Assembly: GCA_046727955.1 (NCBI GenBank)
Contig: JBKPDO010000010.1
Location: 5,823 to 69,822, forward strand
Source: a bacterium
GTDB lineage: Bacteria > Actinomycetota > CALGFH01
DNA length: 64,000 nucleotides
Direction: 5' to 3'
Under the pieces are notes generated by a model. The model was not told where the DNA came from. It was given only the letters and a program-made list of their open reading frames with translations, and searched no databases. Numbering within the stretch: the stretch's first letter is position 1; each line of letters begins with the position of its first letter. Positions 10,129-19,600 of this stretch are shown here, one piece after another. The position numbers were made by a program, and so were the translations under genes.

Positions 10129-11136
10129 TCAGCCGCGCACGTGCTCTGACGGGGCGTCCCGCCCGCGCGAGCGGTGCAGGGCGCGTTCGATCGCGTAGGC
10201 GACGAGGGCGCCGAGCAGGTCGAAGAGCGTCAGCCACAGGCGCGAGACGAGCGCGACCACCAGCGCCGGGCCGGCCGGCACCACCGGGGAGAGGGCGAGC
10301 ACCAGCACACCCTCACGCACCCCCAGACCGGCGGGGGTGAGCAGCGACAGGAACCCGACCGCGTAGCCCGCGGCATAGCCAGCCACCGCCAGCGGGACCC
10401 CCGATGCCGCCAGCGGGAAGATGCTCCGGACCAGGGCGGCGAATGCCAGCCCGATCAGCCCCCAGTAGAGCAGGTAGCCGCCGGCCAGCCCAGCCACCAC
10501 CCCGCGCGACGGCACCATCGGCGCGTCCCCCCCGGCATCCTCGCCACCTCGCCGCAGCAGCCGGTCGAGCACCAGGCCGAGATCCGGGTAGCGCCCCCGC
10601 ACGAACCGTCCCAGCGGCCGCCACAGCACTAGCACCAGCAGCGACAGCCCCACCAGCGCGGCGAGCCCGAGCAGCGCCGAGCGGCCCAGCCGCGCCCACT
10701 CCGCGACCAGCACGGGCAGTCCCACCAGCAGCGCCACACCCACCGACAGCGCCTGCGTCAGCGCCATCACCGCCAGCGTCGTGCGGCGCGGCGCTCCCTC
10801 TCGCCTGGCCAGCTCGACCGCGCCGACGAAGCTCCACACGTTCCCAGGCACGTACCTCGCCAGGTTGGACAGGAACCAGATTCGTGCGCCCGCCGCCACC
10901 GGCGTCGGCGTCACCCTCGCCAGCGCCACCGCCCACAAGCCCGCCACCAGCGCGTAGGATACCGCGCACGCAAGGCAGGCGAGCGCGAAATACGCGGGGT
11001 CGAGGCTCCATTTCACCGCGGTGACCTGGTGCCAGCGGCTCACCAGAGTCCACGAAAAAAACCCGGCGACCAGCGCCAGCACGGGTATCGCCCGCCAGCG
11101 GAGGGACCGGGGTCGCGCCGCTGAATCCTGCTCCAC
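10129..11136 (-). CDS. Flippase-like membrane protein (lysylphosphatidylglycerol-synthase TM-region family / UPF0104)
   Basis: Polytopic. Conserved ARYVPGNVWSF-type motif typical of this family. This family often accompanies GT2 enzymes. Confidence 0.6.
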   Translation of the reverse strand: MEQDSAARPRSLRWRAIPVLALVAGFFSWTLVSRWHQVTAVKWSLDPAYFALACLACAVSYALVAGLWAVALARVTPTPVAAGARIWFLSNLARYVPGNVWSFVGAVELARREGAPRRTTLAVMALTQALSVGVALLVGLPVLVAEWARLGRSALLGLAALVGLSLLVLVLWRPLGRFVRGRYPDLGLVLDRLLRRGGEDAGGDAPMVPSRGVVAGLAGGYLLYWGLIGLAFAALVRSIFPLAASGVPLAVAGYAAGYAVGFLSLLTPAGLGVREGVLVLALSPVVPAGPALVVALVSRLWLTLFDLLGALVAYAIERALHRSRGRDAPSEHVRG

Positions 11137-11266
11137 GTCTGCTCCCGGGTGATAACGTCAACCTTGTGGCATGCTAACTGCTCGTCCACGTTGCCGTTCG
11201 GCATGCTTTTCGACTAGCTTCTCGCTTGAGCACGAACCCTATTTGATCGAGGAGGAATCCGCCCTG

Positions 11267-11806
11267 ATGGCAGTCAAGACCATCCACGTCTCGGACATCT
11301 CGGGCAAGGAGGCGGACGAGCAGTCACTTGGGCGTCTCGTCGTCCATGAGCACCCGGAATACTCGGACCTGCCAGTCACCCTCGAGGCGCTGCCCGAGGA
11401 GGTCCAGCCGCTCCGAGACTCCTCCGCTCGTTTCGTCACCGTAGAGTGGGTCCGTCCCGGCACGCGCAAGGGCGAGCGCATGACGGTGCCGGTGGAGGAC
11501 TTCAACCTCCTCGCCGGGCCCGGCGTAATGGACAACGCCATCCAGGATGCGCTCATCTCCAAGCACCGCAGCCGCGCACGCAGCAGCACCGAAAGCGGCC
11601 GCGCCAGCGCGTCCCGGTCGAGCCGCGCAAAGGTCAACTACGCCACGCTCGAACACGCCGGCGAGCCGCACCGCGGGCGCATCACCGAGTCCGAGAAGGA
11701 ACTGGTGCGCACCCATCTCGACGAGATCAACAAGCGCCTGAGCGACGACGGGATGCGCGAGATCGACCCGAACGACGCGACTATGAAGGAGCGTTACGGC
11801 CTGTAA
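11267..11806 (+). CDS. Hypothetical small basic protein, possibly Lsr2-like nucleoid-associated: N-terminal beta-rich acidic domain, Ser/Arg-rich linker, C-terminal RGRI motif
   Basis: GAGGAGG RBS at 11250-11256, 10 nt before ATG 11267. C-terminal ...PHRGRITESEKELVRTHL resembles the Lsr2 RGR minor-groove motif. Weak. Confidence 0.45.
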   Translation: MAVKTIHVSDISGKEADEQSLGRLVVHEHPEYSDLPVTLEALPEEVQPLRDSSARFVTVEWVRPGTRKGERMTVPVEDFNLLAGPGVMDNAIQDALISKHRSRARSSTESGRASASRSSRAKVNYATLEHAGEPHRGRITESEKELVRTHLDEINKRLSDDGMREIDPNDATMKERYGL

Positions 11807-11854
11807 GGTTGGGATCCAGATCCGCGCACTGCCCGAAACGCTCTCATCCGTAAA

Positions 11855-12628
11855 ATGCCGGTTCTGGTCGGAACTTCTGGGTGGCAGTACCGTGATTGGC
11901 GCGGCCGTTTCTATCCGGAGCGGCTGGCGCAGGCAAAGTGGCTCGAGCACTACGCCGGCCAGTTCATGACGGTGGAATCGAACAACGCCTTCTATAGGCT
12001 GCCGGAACCGCACACCTTTGCGGCTTGGGCCGCGCGAACACCGCCGGATTTCGTGATGGCGGTGAAGGCGAGCCGCTTCCTCACCCACGTCAGGCGCCTG
12101 CGCGACCCAGAGGAGCCGGTGCGGCGTTTCCTCGAGCACGCCGGCCAGCTTGGCGCCAAGCTGGGCCCGGTGCTGCTCCAGCTCCCGCCCACGCTCAAGG
12201 TGGATCTCGGCGCGCTGCGGGACACCCTGGAGCGCTTCCCGCGCGAGGTGCGAGTCGCGGTGGAGCCGCGCCACGACAGCTGGTTCAGCGACGAGACCCG
12301 CGCCCTGCTGGCCGACCGGGGCGCGGCGCTGTGCCTGGCCGACAGCCCGAGGAGGCGCTCGCCGCTCTGGCGCACCAGCGACTGGAGCTATCTCCGCTTC
12401 CACGAGGGGGCCGCGACGCCGTGGCCGTGCTATGGCGAGCAGGCGCTCGCCAGGTGGGCCGAGGCGCTGGCCGGCACCTGGGGCCCTGAGCCGGACGTCT
12501 ACGTCTATTTCAACAACGACCGGGGCGGCTGCGCGGTACGCGACGCGGCCCGCTTCGCCCGCGCGGCCACCCGATCGGGCCTGCACCCCACCCGCACGCC
12601 GTCGCCGAGCCAGGTACGGGTGGGCTGA
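11855..12628 (+). CDS. DUF72 (UPF0759) family protein
   Basis: N-terminal VGTSGWQYRDWRGRFYP signature. Confidence 0.8.
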   Translation: MPVLVGTSGWQYRDWRGRFYPERLAQAKWLEHYAGQFMTVESNNAFYRLPEPHTFAAWAARTPPDFVMAVKASRFLTHVRRLRDPEEPVRRFLEHAGQLGAKLGPVLLQLPPTLKVDLGALRDTLERFPREVRVAVEPRHDSWFSDETRALLADRGAALCLADSPRRRSPLWRTSDWSYLRFHEGAATPWPCYGEQALARWAEALAGTWGPEPDVYVYFNNDRGGCAVRDAARFARAATRSGLHPTRTPSPSQVRVG

Positions 12629-12652
12629 GGCAGAGGCCCTGCCGGCCGCTGG

Positions 12653-13810
12653 CTACCCTCGCGCCTCGATGCCGAGCGCGCGGGCGATCAGGATGCGCAT
12701 GACCTCGCTCGTGCCCTCCCCGATCTCCAGGATCTTGGCGTCGCGGTAGAAGCGCGCCACGGGGAATTCGTTGACATAGCCGTAGCCGCCGTGGACCTGC
12801 ACCGCCTCGCGGGCGCAGGTGACCGCCGCCTCGGAGGCGTAGAGCTTGGCGATCGCGGCCTCCTTGCCGAAGGGCTCGCCCGCCATCAGCTTGCTGGCCG
12901 CCCGCTGCCAGGCGAGCCTGGCCGTGTGGGCGCGCAGCTCCATGTCGGCGATCTTGAAGGCGATCGCCTGGAACGAGGCGATCGGCTGGCCGAAGGCACG
13001 GCGCTCGCGCGCGTACTTCACGCACTCGTCGACGCAGCCCTGGCACAGCCCGGTGCCGAGCGCGGCGATCGCCACCCGGCCCTCCTCCAGCGTGCGCAGG
13101 AAGTTGGCCAGGCCGGCGCCCCGCTCACCGAGCAGGTTCTCGGCGGGCACGCGGCAGGCCTCGAAGACCAGCTCACGCGTGTCCGAGGCGTGCCAGCCGA
13201 TCTTGGAGTAACGCCTGCCGACGCGGTAACCGGCGGTGCCGGTCGGCACCACGATGCTGGAGATCTCGCGCTTGCCGGCGCGCTCGCCCGTGACCGCGGT
13301 CACGGTGACCAGGCCGGAACGGGGCACGCCCGCGTTGGTGATGAACGCCTTGGTGCCGTCGATGACCCATTCGTCACCGTCGAGCCGGGCTCGGGTGCGC
13401 AGCGCGCCGGCGTCGGAGCCGCCGCCCGGCTCGGTCAGCCCGAAGGCGCCGAGCTGCTCACCGCGCGCCAGCGGCGGTAGCCAGCGCTGCCGCTGCTGCT
13501 GGCTCCCGAAGCGGTAGATCGGCATCGCGCCCAGGCCGACCGCCGCCTCCACGGTGATCGCCACCGACGAGTCGACCCTGGCCAGCTCCTCGATCGCCAG
13601 GCACAGGGTCAGGTAGTCGGCGCCCATCCCGCCGTAGCGCTCAGGGAACGGCAGGCCGAACAGGCCCATGCCGGCCATCTGGTCGAGGACGGCCTCGTCC
13701 AGCTCCTCGTCGCGGTCCATCGCCTCGGCTCTCGGGGCGACCACCTCGTCGGCGAATGCGCGGACGATCTTGCGGAACTCTTCCTGCTCCGGCTCGAGTG
13801 AGAAGTCCAT
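12653..13810 (-). CDS. Acyl-CoA dehydrogenase (isovaleryl-CoA dehydrogenase-like). An alternative upstream start lies at 13840.
   Basis: MDFSLEPEQEEFRK..GLTEPGGGSDAGAL..GGYGYVNEFPVARFYRDAKILEIGEGTSEV. Confidence 0.8.
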   Translation of the reverse strand: MDFSLEPEQEEFRKIVRAFADEVVAPRAEAMDRDEELDEAVLDQMAGMGLFGLPFPERYGGMGADYLTLCLAIEELARVDSSVAITVEAAVGLGAMPIYRFGSQQQRQRWLPPLARGEQLGAFGLTEPGGGSDAGALRTRARLDGDEWVIDGTKAFITNAGVPRSGLVTVTAVTGERAGKREISSIVVPTGTAGYRVGRRYSKIGWHASDTRELVFEACRVPAENLLGERGAGLANFLRTLEEGRVAIAALGTGLCQGCVDECVKYARERRAFGQPIASFQAIAFKIADMELRAHTARLAWQRAASKLMAGEPFGKEAAIAKLYASEAAVTCAREAVQVHGGYGYVNEFPVARFYRDAKILEIGEGTSEVMRILIARALGIEARG

Positions 13811-13901
13811 GACAAGCTCCCTCGTGGGGCGGCGCGACAAGCGGCGCGGGTGGCACCAAGTTCATCCTACGAGTCTGCACGGCCCAGGCTATCGGCCCAG
13901 G

Positions 13902-15467
13902 CTATCGCCGTGGCTGTTGGGTCAGGGGCGAGGGCCTGCGCGGGGCGTACTCGAGCCCGAGGAGCGCCAGGTCGTCGGTATAGCGGCCGTCGGAGTGCTC
14001 GTCGACCATCTCGACGAGGCGGTCGAGGACCTCGTCGAGGCCGTCGCCGGCGATCGCCTCGTCGAAGCGGGCGCGGTCGATGAACTGGCCGCTGCGGTTG
14101 CGCGCCTCCACCAGCCCGTCGGTGTAGCAGATCAGTCGCTGCCCGGGACGGAGCAGCCCGAACGCCTCGACCGCCTGCGTGCCCAGACCGAGCGGGGCGG
14201 CCACGCGGGGCAGCAGCGGCCCGGCCACGCCCAGCGGGGGCGGGTGGCCAGCCGTGGCGAGCACCACCCGCCCATTGAGGTAGACGCGGCCGGCGAGAGC
14301 AGTGACGAAATCCTCTTCCTCTCCCTCACGCGCGACCAGCCGGTCGAGCCGCGCGAGAATCGCGGCCGGGCCGATCCCCTCACCGGCGAGGCTGCGGAAG
14401 GCACCCTTGAGCAGCGCCGCCAGCGAACTGGCCTCTAGGCCCTTGCCGCGGGCGTCGGCGATGATGAACCCGAGCCCCTGTGGGCCCGTCTCGACCACGT
14501 CGTAGAAGTCGCCGCCGATCTCCGCGAGGGTGCTGGCCGACTGGTACCGCACCGCCAGCTGGTAGCCGGCCGCCCACTCCGGCGGGGTGGAGAGCAGCAG
14601 GGCCTGGATCTGGTCCAGTACCTCGGCCTGGGCCTGGACGCGCTCAGAGCCGGAGATGGCGCGGGCGCCGAGGCTCGCGAAGCGGGTGGAGGCCTCCAGG
14701 TCGCTGGCGGACAGACGCGGGTCGCGCTGCCGCCAGGCGAGCAGGATGTTGCCAGTCTGGTACCCGGCCGCGTCGACCAGCGGCAGCCAGAGGAGGCTCC
14801 CGAGGCCGCGTGCCTCGAGCATGGGCTTCTCTGGCCCGGACCACAGACGGCCGCCGCACCGCTGTGGGCTGGTGGCGAAGGCGGCCGGGAACGTGGCGCG
14901 GTCCAGCCGGGCCGGCAGCGGTGGGACCAGCTCGTCACGCGCCTGGGCGACCGCGACCATGCGCTCCCCGTTGCGCCGGTACACCGCCACCCCCGCCGCC
15001 TCGTAGAGCTTGCACGCCGAGCGGGCCAGCAGCTCGTAGGCCTGCTCTGTCTCGACGCCGGCGGCCAGCGAGGCGGCGATGGTGATGGTGTCGGCGGCGC
15101 GCCCGAAGGCTGACCGCTCGCGCCGGTAGGCTCCCTGGTTGAGCAGGGCCAGCATGGTGCCGAGGGCGATCAGCAGGAGCTGGGCGCCGAGCTGCTGGTC
15201 CGCGACCTTGTGCAGGTGCAGCCCGGCCGCCAGGCCGACCCCGAGCGCGGTGAGCCCCGAGACGAGCACCTGCTCGCGGCCGGTGGACAGCCACCCGGCC
15301 AGCAGCGGGGCGAGGACCAGGAACGCTCCGGTGTACAGCGCCCTGGAGGTCAGCCAGTCGCCGGCCACGGCGGCGGCGATCAGCAGGTACGGCGCCGCCG
15401 CCCGCCACGACCAGCCGGCGAGCAGCCCGCCCGCGCCGGACTGCTCGTCGGCCGCCTGCTGCACCAC
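13902..15467 (-). CDS. PP2C-family (SpoIIE/RsbU-like) serine phosphatase with N-terminal membrane segments and a central sensor (GAF-like) region
   Basis: GGDFYDVVE..GFIIADARGKG..GHPPPL PPM motifs. Four N-terminal hydrophobic helices. GTG start. Confidence 0.7.
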   Translation of the reverse strand: MVQQAADEQSGAGGLLAGWSWRAAAPYLLIAAAVAGDWLTSRALYTGAFLVLAPLLAGWLSTGREQVLVSGLTALGVGLAAGLHLHKVADQQLGAQLLLIALGTMLALLNQGAYRRERSAFGRAADTITIAASLAAGVETEQAYELLARSACKLYEAAGVAVYRRNGERMVAVAQARDELVPPLPARLDRATFPAAFATSPQRCGGRLWSGPEKPMLEARGLGSLLWLPLVDAAGYQTGNILLAWRQRDPRLSASDLEASTRFASLGARAISGSERVQAQAEVLDQIQALLLSTPPEWAAGYQLAVRYQSASTLAEIGGDFYDVVETGPQGLGFIIADARGKGLEASSLAALLKGAFRSLAGEGIGPAAILARLDRLVAREGEEEDFVTALAGRVYLNGRVVLATAGHPPPLGVAGPLLPRVAAPLGLGTQAVEAFGLLRPGQRLICYTDGLVEARNRSGQFIDRARFDEAIAGDGLDEVLDRLVEMVDEHSDGRYTDDLALLGLEYAPRRPSPLTQQPRR

Positions 15468-15560
15468 GTCTCCTCGTCTCCTCCATGCTCGTTTTGCTTG
15501 CGAGGGTACCTCCCCGATCGGACAGCCGGGAACAAGACGGGCAGCGGCACGAGGCCGGGG

Positions 15561-15710
15561 GGTCCGGGGGGCTCTCTAGCGAGGCCCCTCTCCCCCCGCG
15601 GTGACTCGCACAGCCGAGCGTAGCCCCCCGGTCAGAACAGGGTCCGGGGGGCTCTCTAGCGAGGCCCCTCTCCCCCCGCGGTGACTCGCACAGCCGAGCG
15701 TAGCCCCCCG
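15561..15710. repeat. Direct repeat, 71 bp x2 separated by 8 bp, in a divergent intergenic region. Each unit carries a GGGGGG...CCCCCC hairpin related to the dispersed G5AGC/GCTC5 family.
   Basis: ggtccggggggctctctagcgaggcccctctccccccgcggtgactcgcacagccgagcgtagccccccgg occurs twice. Confidence 0.8.
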
Positions 15711-15775
15711 GCGCGACAGCCCTGGCACTACTATTGCTGGCCTCCGTCCGATGCCGGCGAAAGGCGGTCTGCAGC

Positions 15776-16744
15776 ATGCGCACCCTGGTTACCGGAGGCG
15801 CGGGGTTCATCGGCTCCGCCCTAGTGGACCGCCTGGTCCACGGCGGCCACGAGGTCGTGGTGGTCGACGACCTCTCGACCGGGAAGGTGGAGAACATCGC
15901 CGATGCCATGGCCTCCGGTCGCGCCCACCTCGCCGAGGTGGACATCGCCGGGCCGGACCTGGCCGGCGTGGTCGCGGGGGCCAGGCCAGAGGTCGTCTAC
16001 CACCTCGCCGCGCAGATCGACGTGCGCCGCAGCGTCGCGGAGCCGGTGCTCGACGCCCGCATCAACGTGCTCGGCACCATCCAGGTGGCCGGGGCGGCCC
16101 TGGAGACTGGCTGCCGGCGGCTGGTCTTCGCCAGCTCCGGCGGCACCGTGTACGGCGAGCCGGACCCCTCCGAGCTGCCGATCGACGAGTCCTATCCACC
16201 GCGGGTGACCAATCCGTACGGCGTCTCCAAGCGGGCGGCCGAGGACTACCTGGACAGCTTCGCCGGCCTCCGTGGGCTCGAGCCGGTGAGCCTGCGGCTG
16301 GGCAACGTCTACGGTCCTCGCCAGGACCCCAACGGCGAGGCGGGGGTGGTGGCAATCTTTTGCGACCGGCTGCTGTCGGTCCGCCCGGTGACGGTGTTCG
16401 GCGACGGGCGGCAGACGCGCGATTACGTGTTCGTGGACGACGTGGTGGACGCCTTCGTGGCCGCCGGAGAGTCTTACGGCGTGGCCGGGGCCAAGCTCAA
16501 CATCGGCACCGGGACCCAGACCTCGGTGCTGGAGCTGTACGAGGCGCTCCGTGCGGTGACCGGGTTCGGCCCCGAGCCCACCTTCGTCCCGCCCCGCCCT
16601 GGCGAGCTGCAGGCGATCGCGCTGGACTGCGCCCGCGCCGAGCAGGTGCTCGGCTGGCGGCCGAAGCTGGACCTGAAGGCAGGGCTGGAGCGCACCTGGG
16701 TGTGGGCGTTCCAGGAGGTCAACACTGGGAGCGTCGGCGGGTGA
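15776..16744 (+). CDS. NAD-dependent epimerase/dehydratase (UDP-glucose 4-epimerase-like)
   Basis: MRTLVTGGAGFIGS Rossmann motif, YxxxK region and overall SDR-e architecture. Internal ATG is taken by frame arithmetic. Confidence 0.8.
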   Translation: MRTLVTGGAGFIGSALVDRLVHGGHEVVVVDDLSTGKVENIADAMASGRAHLAEVDIAGPDLAGVVAGARPEVVYHLAAQIDVRRSVAEPVLDARINVLGTIQVAGAALETGCRRLVFASSGGTVYGEPDPSELPIDESYPPRVTNPYGVSKRAAEDYLDSFAGLRGLEPVSLRLGNVYGPRQDPNGEAGVVAIFCDRLLSVRPVTVFGDGRQTRDYVFVDDVVDAFVAAGESYGVAGAKLNIGTGTQTSVLELYEALRAVTGFGPEPTFVPPRPGELQAIALDCARAEQVLGWRPKLDLKAGLERTWVWAFQEVNTGSVGG

Positions 16745-17571
16745 GCGGCGCCGAAGGGCCAGGCGCCAGCGGGCCAGGCGCCAGCGGGCCAGGCGCCAGC
16801 GGGCCGGTCCGGCTCGAGGTGGCGGCGGGCGTCGCCACTGTGACCCTCGACCGGCCGGAGGCGCTCAACGCCATCTCGACCGACCTGGCGCGGGCGCTGG
16901 CGGCCACGTTCGAGCCCCTGGCGACCCGGCCCGACCTGCGCGCGGTGGTGCTGACCGGCGCCGGCGACAAGGGCTTCTGCGCCGGCGCCGACCTGCGGGA
17001 GCGGAGCGGCTTCGACGACCACGACTGGTTCGTGCAGCGGGAGGTGTTCCGGCGTGCCTTCGGCGCGGTGCGGCGCTGCCCGCTGCCCACGGTCGCGGCG
17101 GTGTTCGGCTTCGCGCTCGGGGGCGGCTGCGAGCTGGCGCTCGCCTGCGATCTGGTGGTGGCCGCCGACGATGCCACTCTGGGGCTGCCGGAGGTGCGTC
17201 TCGGCCTGGTCCCGGCCGGCGGGGGTACGCAGCTGGTGGTGCGCCGGGTGGGGCGCTCCGCCGCCAAGGACCTGGTACTGACGGGGCGGCGGGTCGGCGC
17301 GGCCGAGGCGCGGCGGCTCGGCCTGGTGGACCGGGTGGTTGCCCGCGTCTCGGTCCATGAGGCCGCCCGGGAGCTGGCCGGCGAGATCGCGGGCAACTCG
17401 CCCACGGCCGTGCGGCTCGCGAAGTGGGCGCTGGACCTGGGCGCTGACCTGGCCCAGGAGGCCGGGCTGGAGGTGGAGGACCAGGCCTGGCGCCGGGCGG
17501 TGCTCTCCGACGACCGCCGCGAGGGCATCGCTGCCTGGAACGAGCGCCGTCCGCCCCGCTGGCCGGGCTAG
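16741..17571 (+). CDS. Enoyl-CoA hydratase/isomerase (crotonase family; methylglutaconyl-CoA hydratase-like in context). GTG start overlaps the epimerase stop. N-terminal (GPGAS)x3 repeat.
   Basis: LDRPEALNAI..GAGDKGFCAGADL..GGGCELALACD crotonase motifs. 15-bp tandem repeat x3 at 16756-16803. Confidence 0.75.
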   Translation: MSGAEGPGASGPGASGPGASGPVRLEVAAGVATVTLDRPEALNAISTDLARALAATFEPLATRPDLRAVVLTGAGDKGFCAGADLRERSGFDDHDWFVQREVFRRAFGAVRRCPLPTVAAVFGFALGGGCELALACDLVVAADDATLGLPEVRLGLVPAGGGTQLVVRRVGRSAAKDLVLTGRRVGAAEARRLGLVDRVVARVSVHEAARELAGEIAGNSPTAVRLAKWALDLGADLAQEAGLEVEDQAWRRAVLSDDRREGIAAWNERRPPRWPG

Positions 17572-17588
17572 ACAGCCTGTTTGCATTC

Positions 17589-17833
17589 GGGGGGGAGCCC
17601 GAGACAGCTCCCCCCGAACCCCCCCACCGCACCTCGACGTGACCCCTGGGTCGGGGGTCAGCACCGCGATCGGGCAGGTGCGCCGTCCGAACCCCCCCAC
17701 CGCACCTCGACGTGACCCCTGGGTCGGGGGTCAGCACCGCGATCGGGCAGGGTCGCCGTCCGAACCCCCCCGTCGGGTACCTCGACGTGATCCCTGGGTT
17801 GTGGGTCAGCACCGTGACCGGGTAGGGTCGCCG
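17589..17833. repeat. Palindrome ggggggagc-N9-gctcccccc (17589-17616) followed by ~73-bp tandem repeat x3 (17614-17833), in a convergent intergenic region
   Basis: Unit ccgaacccccccaccgcacctcgacgtgacccctgggtcgggggtcagcaccgcgatcgggcagg.gcgccgt. The third copy is degenerate. Confidence 0.8.
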
Positions 17834-17866
17834 TGCCGCGGATCACCATTGCAACCAGGCCCCGCG

Positions 17867-19600
17867 TCAGTCGGGCTCCAGGACGACCAGGGTCTGGCCG
17901 GCCGAGACCGGCTGGCCGGCCGCGAACGGGACCTCGACCACCGTTCCGGCGAACGGCGCTCGCAGCGGCGTCTCCATCTTCATCGCCTCGACCACGGCCA
18001 GCAGGTCGCCCGCGTCCACCCGGTCGCCCGGCGAGACCTCCACCCTGCTGAGCGTTCCCGCCAGCGGCGAGGAGACCCGACCGCCGTCCCCACCCCGACC
18101 GGCGAGCGCCGAGGGGCGGTGCCGGTAGAGCCGCACCGGGTAGGTTGCGCCGCCGACCGTGACCGTGAAATCGGGCCCGGCACCGCCGGCGGCGCTCCCC
18201 CCGGCGGCGGGCGCCGGCTGCGCGAGGTCGCTCAGGTCCAGCGTCTCCTCGAGCCAGGTGGTCCAGTGGGCGCCGGCGCGGAAATCCCCGTGGTCGAGGA
18301 TGCGCGCCAGCGCCGCCGTGGTGGTCGGGACGCCGTCGACCTCGAGGTCGGCCAGGGCCGCGCGCATGCGCTCGATCGCCTCGCCCCGGTCACGGCCCCA
18401 GGCGATGACCTTGCCGAGCAGGTCGTCGTAGAAGGGCGAGACCTGGTCGCCGGACTGGTAGCCGGCGTCGACCCGCACGCCGGGTCCACCCGGCCAGCGC
18501 AGCCGCGCGATCGCCCCTGAGGCGGGCAGGAAGCCGCGGCCAGGGTCCTCCGCGTTGATGCGGCACTCGATCGCGTGACCCGCGAAGCGGACCTGCTCCT
18601 GACAGAAGCCGAGCGGCTCGCCGGCGGCGATGTGGAGCTGGGCCGCCACGATGTCGATGCCGGTCACGGCCTCGGTGATCGGGTGCTCCACCTGGAGCCG
18701 GGTGTTCATCTCCAGGAACCAGGCGCCGCCTCCGGCCGAGTCCCAGAGCAGCTCGACCGTGCCCGCGCCGGTGTAGCCGCACGCCTTGGCCACCGTCACA
18801 GCCCAGGTGGTCATGCGCTCGCGCACCTCGGCGGGCAGGCCGGGCGAGGGGGTCTCCTCCACCAACTTCTGGTGGCGCCGCTGCACCGAGCAGTCGCGCT
18901 CGCCCAGGTGCACGATGCCGCCGTGCGCGTCGGCCAGGACCTGTACCTCGACGTGACGCGGGCGCTCGAAGAAGCGCTCGAGGTAGCAGACGCCGGAGCC
19001 GAAGGCGGCCGCCGCCTCCCGGCTGGCGGCCTCCAGCGCGGCCGCCGCCTCTTCCGGGCCACGCACCACCCGGATGCCGCGGCCGCCGCCTCCGGCCGCC
19101 GCCTTGATCGCCACCGGCCAACCGTGCGCCTCGCCGAACGCGGCCACCTCCGCAGCGTCGCCGACCGGCTCGGTGGTGCCGGGCACCGGCTCCACCCCGG
19201 CGGCCAGCACCGTGCGGCGGGCCGCCAGCTTGTCGCCCATCTGCGCGATGGCGTCGGCGGGCGGACCCACCCAGACCAGCCCGGCCGCCTCCACTGCCCT
19301 GGCAAAGTCCGCGTTCTCGCTGAGCAGCCCGTAGCCGGGGTGCACCGCCTCGGCACCCACCTCGCGCGCCGCCGCGAGCAGCCTGCCCGCGTCCAGGTAG
19401 GACTCGGTGACACGGGCGCCGCCGAGCGCCACCGCCCGGTCCGCCTCGCGCACGTGCAGGGCACCGGCGTCCGGCTCGGAGTAGACCGCCACGCCCACCA
19501 GGCCCTGCTCACGGCAGGCGCGCAGCACGCGCACGGCGATCTCCCCCCGGTTGGCGACCAGCACGGTGCGGAAGGGCCGAGCAGCGGTCATGGCGGTCAT
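17867..19600 (-). CDS. Biotin-dependent acyl-CoA carboxylase alpha subunit (biotin carboxylase plus C-terminal biotinyl/BCCP domain); methylcrotonyl-CoA carboxylase-like in context
   Basis: MTAMTAARPFRTVLVANRGEIAVRV.. BC N-terminus and EAMKMETP biotinylation motif. ATG overlaps the upstream stop (ATGA). The ORF-track N-terminal extension is an artefact. Confidence 0.85.
   Translation of the reverse strand: MTAMTAARPFRTVLVANRGEIAVRVLRACREQGLVGVAVYSEPDAGALHVREADRAVALGGARVTESYLDAGRLLAAAREVGAEAVHPGYGLLSENADFARAVEAAGLVWVGPPADAIAQMGDKLAARRTVLAAGVEPVPGTTEPVGDAAEVAAFGEAHGWPVAIKAAAGGGGRGIRVVRGPEEAAAALEAASREAAAAFGSGVCYLERFFERPRHVEVQVLADAHGGIVHLGERDCSVQRRHQKLVEETPSPGLPAEVRERMTTWAVTVAKACGYTGAGTVELLWDSAGGGAWFLEMNTRLQVEHPITEAVTGIDIVAAQLHIAAGEPLGFCQEQVRFAGHAIECRINAEDPGRGFLPASGAIARLRWPGGPGVRVDAGYQSGDQVSPFYDDLLGKVIAWGRDRGEAIERMRAALADLEVDGVPTTTAALARILDHGDFRAGAHWTTWLEETLDLSDLAQPAPAAGGSAAGGAGPDFTVTVGGATYPVRLYRHRPSALAGRGGDGGRVSSPLAGTLSRVEVSPGDRVDAGDLLAVVEAMKMETPLRAPFAGTVVEVPFAAGQPVSAGQTLVVLEPD

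Noticed and set aside
15561-17833. CRISPR array
   Set aside because: Repeats are tandem without unique spacers of regular length. Units are 71-73 bp and degenerate, and there are no cas genes.
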